Below are positions 60,001-64,000 of a DNA stretch of 64,000 bases, one piece after another. The stretch's first letter is position 1. Each line of letters opens with the position of its first letter. The DNA comes from Podarcis erhardii (lineage: Eukaryota). The stretch is taken from NCBI GenBank assembly GCA_964252035.1, contig OZ176204.1, one strand, 5' to 3'. The notes below the pieces were generated by a model. That model made no database searches. It had not been told where the DNA came from and saw only the letters and a program-made list of their open reading frames with translations. The position numbers and the translations under genes were made by a program.

Positions 60001-60748
60001 TCAAGCTTGCTTCCCCTAGGTGCTCCTTGCTGCTCCAGAAAGCATAGCCACACCATCATCTAAATACCCGCCTGGATAACGTGAAGGCTGTTAAGTCAAA
60101 GCACTTGTAGGTTAATAGTAGGTGAATAACCTCCTAATGCCCCTTTAAGGCTGGCAGAATGAGATTCTTCACTTCTCACTTAGTGTATGTGTTGAGAAAA
60201 CTGAGAATTAAGTCTTTATTACAGTATTGCTTGACTGTCTAGGCGGCCTTTTGTTTTGTTGTGTTGATCCTGGGCCTCAAAGTCTGCTTGTCATCCCTCC
60301 TCTGGGAGAATAAATAAGAGCCAGTGTAGGGCAGAGCTAGAATGCTGAACCTTGACTCTTGAGTCAACGTTGTTGAGGGATCTTGGGCCAGCCTCTCCTT
60401 TCCTCCACAACCTACCTATTATGTACGACGTTTCTGCCAGCACAGCAGCAAAAGGGGAAGAGTGTGATCAGGTAGAACATGGAAAATGCATTATTACCTT
60501 GGAGGCTGTATCTGAACATCATTTCCCCCTTGTGTCCCCTAAAGTACATCCACCACCGGCTGATCCACCTCACTCCGGCAGACTACGATGACTTTGTGAA
60601 TGCCATTCGCAGCGCCAGAAGCGCCTTCTGCCTGACCCCTATGGGCATGATGCAATTCAATGACATCCTTCAGAACCTGAAGCGCAGCAAGCAGACTAAG
60701 GATTTGTGGCAAAGGGTCTCTTTGGAAATGACCACCTTTTCACCATGA
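2744..60748 (+). CDS. ZSWIM8: Zinc finger SWIM-type containing 8, full spliced CDS span (26 coding exons, 1,824 aa)
   Basis: Exon translations join into MELMFAEWEDGERFSFEDSDRFEEDSLCSFISEAESLCQNWRGWRKQS...LWQRVSLEMTTFSP*, recognisable as vertebrate ZSWIM8. All 25 introns are GT-AG with consistent phases, and the summed length of 5,475 nt is divisible by 3. Confidence 0.98.
3863..4229 (-). mobile_element. Sauria SINE (Squam1), near full length
   Basis: The reverse complement begins ggatgcgggtggcgctgtgggtaaaacctcag, has B-box GGTTCGAATCC, and ends in a (ACCTTT)n tail. Flanking direct repeat tacacaaatta at 3853-3863 and 4235-4245. Confidence 0.9.
5545..5682 (-). mobile_element. Degraded MIR/CORE-like SINE fragment
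   Basis: cccaaggtcaccagtgagct...ggtttgaaccc shows the CORE and B-box pattern on the minus strand. Confidence 0.45.
8700..9130 (-). mobile_element. Possible decayed hAT transposase fragment
   Basis: The minus-strand peptide TTIMTDGSTVWVPYEELAYV resembles the hAT/ZNF862-type first catalytic-Asp motif (DGSTD...E..YV). KGVIDLLK follows in another frame, with many stops. Confidence 0.3.
9372..9507. mobile_element. hAT-type MITE (136 bp, largely palindromic)
   Basis: ~50-bp imperfect terminal inverted repeats (aggcatatgcaaacttggccttccagatgttttg / caaaacatctggagggccgagtttgcttacgcctg); 8-bp TSD gctttgag at 9364-9371 and 9508-9515. Confidence 0.85.
9998..10144 (-). mobile_element. SINE with tRNA-Ile(AAT)-like head and CR1-like tail
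   Basis: The reverse complement tcagttggttagagtgtggtgctgataatgccaaggttgcaggttcgatccctgtatggg resembles tRNA-Ile. It runs into ggactagatgatcctcagggtcccttccaattctatgattctatga. Confidence 0.8.
12495..12630 (+). mobile_element. Degraded CR1-like 3' fragment
   Basis: ggttggccactgtgagaacaggacgctagac resembles CR1 3' UTR sequence (recognised from memory, not aligned). Confidence 0.4.
13486..13865 (-). mobile_element. L2 LINE 3' fragment with (AAT)13 tail
   Basis: Minus-strand peptide RARAFWAVAPIWWNAVSQETRTFRDLISFCRACKTELFCQAF matches the L2 ORF2 C-terminal pattern; (ATT)n at 13486-13524. Confidence 0.8.
16276..16429 (+). CDS. ZSWIM8: ZSWIM8 coding exon 2 (DGLVIPLVELSAKQVAFHIPFEVVEKVYPPVPEQLQLRIAFWSFPENEEDI); BC-box/cullin-box region
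   Basis: Acceptor attag|, donor ag|gtaatg; 154 nt. PLVELSAKQV matches the BC-box pattern of ZSWIM proteins. Confidence 0.96.
17011..17105 (+). CDS. ZSWIM8: ZSWIM8 coding exon 3 (RLYSCLANGSADEFQRGEQLFRMRAVKDPLQI)
   Basis: Acceptor tttttcctag|, donor g|gtattt; 95 nt. Confidence 0.96.
18088..18260 (+). CDS. ZSWIM8: ZSWIM8 coding exon 4, SWIM zinc finger (CSCTCGAGAKWCAH)
   Basis: Acceptor ccaacag|, donor aat|gtaggc; 173 nt; CxCx(n)CxH SWIM motif. Confidence 0.97.
19768..19875 (+). CDS. ZSWIM8: ZSWIM8 coding exon 5 (ASAVCLRAPVSESLSRLQRDQLQKFAQYLISELPQQ)
   Basis: Acceptor accttag|, donor cag|gtatga; 108 nt. Confidence 0.96.
20575..20680 (+). repeat. Triplicated gggaggaagggcaggatataaat unit (amplified SINE/LINE tail)
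   Basis: Three copies are visible between 20575 and 20676, separated by AT-rich spacers. Confidence 0.7.
21412..21690. mobile_element. Tc1/mariner-superfamily (Tigger/pogo-like) MITE, copy 1
   Basis: TIRs (T)AGTGGTGCCTC...GAGGTACCACTG, TA at both flanks, and multiple internal TCGTCTTGCG repeats. Confidence 0.88.
22546..22830. repeat. Tandem array of ~110-bp self-complementary (hairpin) units, about 2.5 copies
   Basis: Arms 22550-22572 and 22631-22653 are reverse complements (22 of 23 bases). The pattern repeats 110 bp later at 22661-22682 / 22741-22762. Confidence 0.75.
22917..23169 (+). mobile_element. hAT-like element, left end only
   Basis: Starts CAGTGATGGCAAACCT, a typical hAT MITE terminus; no matching right TIR found. 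Confidence 0.35.
23172..23418. mobile_element. TA-flanked Tc1/mariner-superfamily MITE
   Basis: TIRs CCGTATTTTTCGCTCTATA ... TATAGAGCAAAAAATACGG, with TA on both sides. Confidence 0.85.
23528..23598 (+). mobile_element. CR1-type tail fragment
   Basis: gcagggggttggacttagatgaccctcgggttcccttctaactc...atcctatga belongs to the same family as the 9998-10144 tail. Confidence 0.55.
24206..24287 (+). CDS. ZSWIM8: ZSWIM8 coding exon 6 (ILPTAQRLLDELLSSQSTAINTVCGAP)
   Basis: Acceptor cacacag|, donor cag|gtaact; 82 nt. Confidence 0.96.
24658..24778 (+). CDS. ZSWIM8: ZSWIM8 coding exon 7 (DPTAGPSASDQSTWYLDESTLSDNIKKTLHKFCGPSPVVF)
   Basis: Acceptor ttcttaag|, donor ag|gtaaat; 121 nt. Confidence 0.95.
25905..26201 (+). 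mobile_element. Squam3-like tRNA-derived SINE, copy A, with compound (CTA)n(CTT)n tail
   Basis: A-box TGGTGTAGTGG, B-box-like GGTTCGCGTCT, L2-like tail; near-identical to copies at 27921 and 36364. Family name is from memory. Confidence 0.88.
26244..26335 (-). mobile_element. L2 LINE ORF2 fragment
   Basis: Minus-strand peptide TLTYKALNSMGP matches the L2 YKAL-GLGP motif. Confidence 0.5.
26336..26700 (-). mobile_element. RTE-clade LINE 3' fragment
   Basis: Minus-strand peptide AQLDTFIFPSCNKTCLSCLDL*SHSRHC resembles the RTE C-terminal Cys/His motif. It is followed by the end hairpin cactgtctcccgagacagatg and a (CAA)n tail. Confidence 0.6.
27921..28180 (-). mobile_element. Squam3-like SINE, copy B
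   Basis: Reverse complement of copy A with about 7 differences counted by eye; (GAA)n tail; 7-bp TSD tattttg at 27915-27921 and 28181-28187. Confidence 0.9.
31440..31860 (+). mobile_element. Decayed DIRS-type (tyrosine recombinase) retrotransposon fragment
   Basis: Peptide LKALDASPPVGIVAHLLRGAVTS (from 31500) resembles the YR motif PP.GI.AHSTR.AATS. Downstream ttgcttacctgtgaatttctcttct resembles vertebrate DIRS terminal sequence. Confidence 0.4.
32666..32867 (+). CDS. ZSWIM8: ZSWIM8 coding exon 8 (SDVNSMYLSSTEPPAAAEWACLLRPLRGREPEG...LTYEQ)
   Basis: Acceptor atttcag|, donor cag|gtacta; 202 nt. Confidence 0.96.
33180..33355 (+). CDS. ZSWIM8: ZSWIM8 coding exon 9 (ITGWWYSVRTSASHSSASGHTGRSNGQSEVAAHACASMCDEMVVLWRLAVLDPTISPH)
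   Basis: Acceptor ctctacag|, donor cg|gtaggt; 176 nt. Confidence 0.95.
34090..34308. mobile_element. TA-flanked Tc1/mariner-superfamily MITE
   Basis: TIRs CAGTGGTACCTC...GAGGTTCCACTG with TA at 34088-34089 and 34309-34310; ends about 90 nt before the exon 10 acceptor. Confidence 0.85.
34401..35412 (+). CDS. ZSWIM8: ZSWIM8 coding exon 10 (large exon; RRRDLCTQLRQWQLKV...KPLEQENRME), containing the acidic/low-complexity region
   Basis: Acceptor aattctag|, donor gag|gtaagg; 1,012 nt; lies within ORF-track ORF 34375..35433. Confidence 0.97.
36364..36626 (+). mobile_element. Squam3-like SINE, copy C, abutting the exon 11 acceptor
   Basis: Full tRNA-like head and body; (CTT)n tail at 36604-36626, 20 nt before the AG at 36647-36648. 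Confidence 0.9.
36649..36780 (+). CDS. ZSWIM8: ZSWIM8 coding exon 11 (ILFACAEALYAHGYSNEACRLTVELAKDLLANPPDLKVEQPPTK)
   Basis: Acceptor gtttacag|, donor aag|gtacag; 132 nt. Confidence 0.96.
36832..37146. mobile_element. Tc1/mariner-superfamily MITE, copy 2 (same family as 21412-21690, opposite orientation)
   Basis: TIRs CAGTGGTACCTC...GAGGCACCACTG with TA flanks. Its right end is the reverse complement of the left end of copy 1. Confidence 0.88.
37884..38120. mobile_element. Degraded TA-flanked MITE (left TIR only)
   Basis: TA+CAGTAGTACCTTGG start and repeated ggtttaaga motifs; right TIR not found. Confidence 0.5.
38443..38622 (+). CDS. ZSWIM8: ZSWIM8 coding exon 12 (GKKNKVSTSKQTWMATNTLSKAAFLL...PPASTKALE)
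   Basis: Acceptor cccacag|, donor gag|gtaagt; 180 nt. Confidence 0.96.
38871..39054 (+). CDS. ZSWIM8: ZSWIM8 coding exon 13 (VKLAYQESEIVALLKKIPLG...FIFDVLCTP)
   Basis: Acceptor cacacag|, donor cag|gtaaag; 184 nt. Confidence 0.96.
39720..39805 (+). mobile_element. RTE LINE extreme 3' end
   Basis: cattgtctcccgagacaaatggatgcca carries the same terminal hairpin as 26341-26365 on the opposite strand. Confidence 0.5.
40047..40145 (+). CDS. ZSWIM8: ZSWIM8 coding exon 14 (VVSPTGSRPPSRNWNNEMPGDEELGFEAAVAAL)
   Basis: Acceptor tttcccag|, donor ttg|gtgagt; 99 nt. Confidence 0.96.
40414..40538 (+). CDS. ZSWIM8: ZSWIM8 coding exon 15 (GMKTTVSEAEHPLLCEGTRREKGDLALALMITYKDDQSKLKK)
   Basis: Acceptor cttccag|, donor aaa|gtatgt; 125 nt. 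Confidence 0.96.
40646..41420 (-). mobile_element. 5'-truncated L1-clade LINE, antisense in intron 15
   Basis: Minus-strand peptide WEKLWK...ENLQKMIYRWYLTPSKL...NLCWKCEETERTFIHMWWGC (CCHC knuckle) continues into ORF 40785..41195. An A-rich tail with AATAAA lies at ~40646-40660. Confidence 0.85.
41767..42001 (+). CDS. ZSWIM8: ZSWIM8 coding exon 16 (ILDKLLDRESQTHKPQTLSSFYSSSKP...EKSSQ)
   Basis: Acceptor tttaaag|, donor aag|gtatga; 235 nt. Confidence 0.94.
42392..42544 (+). CDS. ZSWIM8: ZSWIM8 coding exon 17 (DNPQRSPCDPPMEPSVLKQEGKVPSRLALGNRGGYNGR...KKKHT)
   Basis: Acceptor tttcccag|, donor cag|gtaact; 153 nt. Confidence 0.93.
44769..45152. mobile_element. Non-autonomous hAT element
   Basis: Termini CAGGGGGTGGCCA / TTGGACATCCCTG; 8-bp TSD atatattg (44761-44768) / atacattg (45153-45160), one mismatch. 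Confidence 0.7.
45290..45530 (+). mobile_element. L2 LINE 3' fragment
   Basis: Peptide IAPSLWNSLPSAIHEASSISCFRYLVKSFLFSHAF matches the L2 C-terminal pattern. Confidence 0.7.
46253..46475 (+). CDS. ZSWIM8: ZSWIM8 coding exon 18 (GMASIDSSAPETTSDSSPTLSRRPLRGG...AKTVEVG), Ser-rich
   Basis: Acceptor gttgcag|, donor cag|gtaaga; 223 nt. Confidence 0.96.
46800..47005 (+). mobile_element. L2-like 3' end
   Basis: ctcttcaaccaggcatttggctgattaa and ctgccctgtgatctttggatgaagggtaatataataataa tail; similar to 815-1017 and 26740-26915. Confidence 0.5.
47341..47630 (+). CDS. ZSWIM8: ZSWIM8 coding exon 19 (RYKGRRPESHAPHVPNQPSEAAAHFYFELAK...SHVSWIT)
   Basis: Acceptor ctttcag|, donor cag|gtagga; 290 nt. Confidence 0.97.
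49698..49921 (+). CDS. ZSWIM8: ZSWIM8 coding exon 20 (GQAMEIGSAALNILVECWDGHLTPPEV...LVQCKEQ)
   Basis: Acceptor tttctag|, donor cag|gtgagc; 224 nt. Confidence 0.97.
51385..51640 (+). mobile_element. L2 LINE 3' fragment just upstream of exon 21
   Basis: Peptide VASHLWNALSR...LF.QAL, followed by an L2-like tail. Confidence 0.55.
51677..52159 (+). CDS. ZSWIM8: ZSWIM8 coding exon 21 (DNLMLEKACLAVEEAAKGGGVYPEVLFEVAHQW...GSAYPQ)
   Basis: Acceptor attgcag|, donor caa|gtaagt; 483 nt. Confidence 0.96.
52836..53004 (+). CDS. ZSWIM8: ZSWIM8 coding exon 22 (GVHPAFIGAQYPYSVTTPSLAATAVSFPG...LSSNVA)
   Basis: Acceptor tttgcag|, donor caa|gtgagt; 169 nt. Confidence 0.94.
54062..54106. repeat. (AAC)10 followed by (AAT)n microsatellite
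   Basis: Direct read of the sequence. Confidence 0.95.
55008..55181 (+). CDS. ZSWIM8: ZSWIM8 coding exon 23 (IGSVHAGSTFPAIQGTSL...HHLHSAYRV); start could be 55011 (NAGNAG)
   Basis: Tandem acceptor ctccag|tag|, donor ttg|gtaagg; 174 nt (171 nt with the distal AG). Confidence 0.92.
58742..58861 (+). CDS. ZSWIM8: ZSWIM8 coding exon 24 (GMLALEMLGRRAHNDHPNNFSRSPPYTEDVKWLLGLAAKL)
   Basis: Acceptor ccctgcag|, donor tag|gtaagg; 120 nt. Confidence 0.97.
59794..59972 (+). CDS. ZSWIM8: ZSWIM8 coding exon 25 (GVNYVHQFCLGAAKGVLSPFVLQEI...RCQQAYIQ)
   Basis: Acceptor ttctgcag|, donor cag|gtacat; 179 nt. Confidence 0.97.
60545..60748 (+). CDS. ZSWIM8: ZSWIM8 terminal coding exon 26 (YIHHRLIHLTPADYDDFVNAIRSARSAFCLTPMG...EMTTFSP*)
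   Basis: Acceptor ccctaaag|; TGA at 60746-60748; 204 nt. Confidence 0.97.
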   Translation, partial: YIHHRLIHLTPADYDDFVNAIRSARSAFCLTPMGMMQFNDILQNLKRSKQTKDLWQRVSLEMTTFSP

Positions 60749-61585
60749 CGGCTTGGGGGTGGCTTCTTTTAGCTAGAGTTCTGTTCATGACACCCTTCCA
60801 TACCGGATCTTTTTTTTTTTAGCTGTTGGAAACCACCGATTTGATGTATTTATACCAAGGCATTCCTCTTTGTGCAACTGTGACTGTGCTCCACTTCCCT
60901 TGTTTTCTTCTCCCCAGCAGGTGGAGTCAAGAAAGTAGTTTTGCAAGTGCAAGGAAGTACGTGGGTGTGTATGAGAGTGTTTTCTGTGTGAGAGTTGCGG
61001 GGGTTGGGGGGGGAGAGGGAGAGTTGTCTGGCTGGCTGATACTTGGCCAATGCTTTCAGCCCCCTTCCTGTGCAGTTTTCTAAATGAGGGTGTGTGTGCG
61101 TGTGTGCCTGCGTGCCTGCATGTTAAGGGCGTAGGGTGGAGCCTGTCCTTTATAATATTTATTTTAGCATTTATAAATATGTATACTACTTTCTATAAGG
61201 TTCTAAAAATTTCATTCATCATGGGGCCAGGAGAGGCAAGAGTTTTCTTTTTGCGCATCCTGGGCTCCTCCGTCACCATTCCGCCTGCAGCAGCTACCCA
61301 GAGGAGCTCAGGCTGAAGCGGAAAGAGCTCCGTCAGCCAGCACTGCCTACGTGTTTGGATGGGCAAAAGGCCCCAGAACAGTATTGAGCTGGCTACTGCA
61401 GTCTCTTTGCTGCTTGGACTGTGGCCCCAAAGAGTTTTTGTCATCAGGCTTTGTAGGATGTTCCAACCATGGTGGTTCTGAGTTGTACAGTCATGTTACT
61501 TTGGCTGGGATGTTAGCTCTCCTGTAATCAATTTCTTATTCCTTGTTTCAGTTTCCTGATTAAAACACTCATTTTCTTAGACTGA
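60749..61585 (+). other. ZSWIM8 3' UTR (end tentative, set by ATTAAA at 61559-61564)
   Basis: Follows the stop codon; contains TG/AT-rich segments and a variant poly(A) signal followed by a T/pyrimidine-rich tract. The true end cannot be fixed from sequence alone. Confidence 0.4.
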
Positions 61586-62516
61586 TTCTCTTCTCCATCC
61601 TTCTGTTAATCATGCTGAGGATGCGGTAAAACACGGAATTTAAGACTGCCTGCAGCAGGAGGTTGTTACCTTGTAACACGAATGGTCTTTGACGTACACC
61701 GGAATTTCATTGCGATTCTGCTCACCATGCTAACACACAGTACTAGGCAATGAGCTAACCTGGTTAGAGAAAGGCAGGTCATCCGAGGCAGGTTCGAATG
61801 TGAAGAAAGGGATTTGGGCTCTCTTGCTCCTAAACACAGATGGATTATTCCTGACATTGTCCTTTCCTTTCCTGTTTTGATTGTTCTTTACCTATTTCAA
61901 TTTGCCTTGTTAAGTTGTTTGGGGGCATTTTTTGTATAAAGTGATGAATGCAGTAAATAATATCACTAACAAAAATAGTAGAATCAAAATCCTAAGAGAG
62001 CCCTATTGGATCAGACCAAGGATTCTCCCCCCTTAAGCATCCTATTTCTAACACAGGCATGCTCACAAAATTCTAGGTTGTTTACTGACAGCTTCCCTCT
62101 CTGGTAGTTCTGATTCTTTCTTTCACTATTAGTAGCTTTGATCCTGTTATCTACTGCGGTAATTTTTCAAGTAAAGAAGTTTGGCTACTGGCCCTGTAAA
62201 GCAAGGAGAAGATAGTAAGTATTATCCCCCCCCAAAAAAAAAACCCCACACACCCTGGTGTGGCATTGCATACTTCCTATTCTTACACTATAAAGGATGC
62301 TGTTTTTACTGATAGGTTATGAGAAATAATTGTATTTTTATAACAGCAACACTTCTAGGAGATACTGTGTATGCTAGCTGGATCCACTGAATTATGGTTT
62401 ATGAAGAATCCCTAGGTTTTTGTCACTTGTGTTTGACATTGTGCTTTCCACCCACCCGCCCCCCAATGGTGGTTCTGCTCTGGGTTTCTGCCCTATAAGG
62501 TCCTGGTGTTGGTATC

Positions 62517-62665
62517 CAGTGGCGTAGCGTGGGGGGTGCCGGCCGCACCGGGCGCAACATCTGGGGTTAGGGCAAATCCACGGGTTAGGGGGCGCAAATC
62601 CACGGGTTAGGGGGCGCAAATTACTTGCCTTGCCCCGGGTGCTGACAACCCACGCTACGCCACTG
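62517..62665. mobile_element. Young hAT MITE (149 bp)
   Basis: Perfect 17-bp TIRs CAGTGGCGTAGCGTGGG / CCCACGCTACGCCACTG; perfect 8-bp TSD ttggtatc at 62509-62516 and 62666-62673; internal tandem gggttaggggg-cgcaaatccac units. Confidence 0.92.
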
Positions 62666-64000
62666 TTGGTATCTGCTAAAGATTTTTTCAAATATTTGTT
62701 TTGGCAGAGTTGGTGCTTCCAATAAGCAAGACTTCTACCCTTGGAAGCTGCCTTGCCTTTTTATAGTTTCCTTGGCCTTTGTTTGTTAACCGGCCCATTG
62801 AATGGGTTTGTATTTTTCGACACCTGTGCTATGAATTCTGTTTGCAGTCCTGTTATGTGGTTTTAGGCAGATTCCTGCCCTTTCAGCCTTTTCCATTAAT
62901 CCTCTTAATTTTTCAAAGTTTTCTCTCTCGAAATGAAATGTCAGACTTTCTTGGCATGTATCAATTTAAGTTGGTTACTGTGGGTGGTTTGACAGTAGTT
63001 GCATCTAGCAGGTCAGAATCAGTACCATGTCTGTCTATCGCTTTCCATAGCAAGTGCCCAGCCCGGTTTTAATATGCACCCACCTGTCTAAGTGTTTTTG
63101 TGCCTGTGATTATTATAAAAGCTAAATATGGGGCAGGTAAGGCAAGGGCATGCATAAAAGATTTCAGCTTTTCTTCTTTTGTTTGAGCACATTATTCATG
63201 GTGGATCATTAATATGTCATAGTCTCAACTGTTTTTTTGCGGCCCCTACTGTCTATTAAGTCCTTTATTTTGCTTCCTCCTATGAAATGTTGTGTTTCTT
63301 TGTGATTATAGACTGGACCCTTTTTGGAATTGTGCAGCCTTTCTCAGTGGTAGTGCTCTAAGTACAAGTGCAGCAATACTTCTCGGTTTTTGCAGTTTAA
63401 CTTTTTTCCAGTTACAAATGAGCATATGTGTATGTTATCGGCAGCTAGCATATGCTCTCAGTTAATAGATATAAACATTGGAGATATAACTTGATGTCGG
63501 TATCAACATCTTGCCATTGTAACGACTGTTTCCTGAGGAAATTCGTTATCTGAACTTGGTGTGTTCAAATCCTCACAATCCTAATTAGCTGTCTTGAGAG
63601 AAGTGATATCTAACTGCCACAGAAGGTGGCTTTAATCAGGGCTTTTTTTCAGCCAGAACCTCTCACGTGGGTGCCATTGCCATTCTAAGAGGAGGAGGGA
63701 AACGTTGTTGGTGAGTTCCGCTTTTATTCATTTGCAGAAGCTCAGTTTGAAGTGTCAGAATAGCCCCTTCCGTTTAGGGGGAGAGAAAATTGAGCTAGTT
63801 GAAGTAGCAGGGGGTGCAGGGCAGGTTATCTGGCCACCTATTGTGTGAAAAGCCTAGTATGTTTTTTTGGCACATGCACAAGAGAGGTAGAATAGCCATG
63901 GGCCCCTTTTAGCCGTTGTGGGGTCCAGGGCGATCTCTGCCATGCAGTGTTGAAGCAGCTGCTTTGTTTCCTTGTATGTTCATAGCTGGCTGTTGTGGAG

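Noticed and set aside
24651-60544. Three AAG acceptors (exons 7, 16, 26)
   Set aside because: Uncommon but canonical; phases and translation fit, so no unusual mechanism is needed.
61341-61347. miR-34/449-type seed match CACTGCC in the 3' UTR (other 7-mers further downstream)
   Set aside because: Single 7-mers occur by chance at this length; no extended pairing or conservation evidence available.
61600-64000. 3' end of a convergent neighbour (NDST2 is downstream of ZSWIM8 in human) and minus-strand AATAAA at 63264-63269
   Set aside because: No coding exon recognised, and the context around the hexamer is not diagnostic; cannot be supported from this window.
1-64000. CRISPR arrays, operons or prokaryotic defence-type systems
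   Set aside because: The sequence is an intron-rich vertebrate gene; there are no repeat-spacer arrays or dense unspliced ORFs.

Overview
This is eukaryotic (vertebrate) DNA. The repeat content (Sauria SINE, Squam3-like SINEs, L2/CR1/RTE/L1 fragments, TA-flanked and hAT MITEs) points to a squamate, probably a lacertid lizard; the species assignment is inference. Almost the whole window is one + strand gene, ZSWIM8, the substrate adaptor of the ELOB/ELOC-CUL3 ligase that carries out target-directed microRNA degradation. I reconstructed 26 coding exons from ATG 2744 to TGA 60748. Every junction is GT-AG and phase-consistent, giving 5,475 nt (1,824 aa plus stop). A CpG-island promoter lies at about 1.2-2.3 kb, and the introns are dense with transposon fragments. 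I found no second protein-coding gene, no true tRNA/rRNA gene, no CRISPR array and nothing that I can support as a new multi-gene system. The best leads are regulatory: (1) a perfect-Kozak 4-codon uORF, and an ATG-TGA start-stop element overlapping the main start; (2) a young SINE inserted about 20 nt before the exon 11 acceptor; (3) inverted high-identity repeat pairs flanking exon blocks (circRNA/dsRNA candidates); (4) a recursive-splice-like site at exon 13; (5) a NAGNAG acceptor at exon 23; (6) a tandem array of ~110-bp hairpin units in intron 5. All coordinates were read by eye; repeat boundaries are approximate unless a TSD is quoted.
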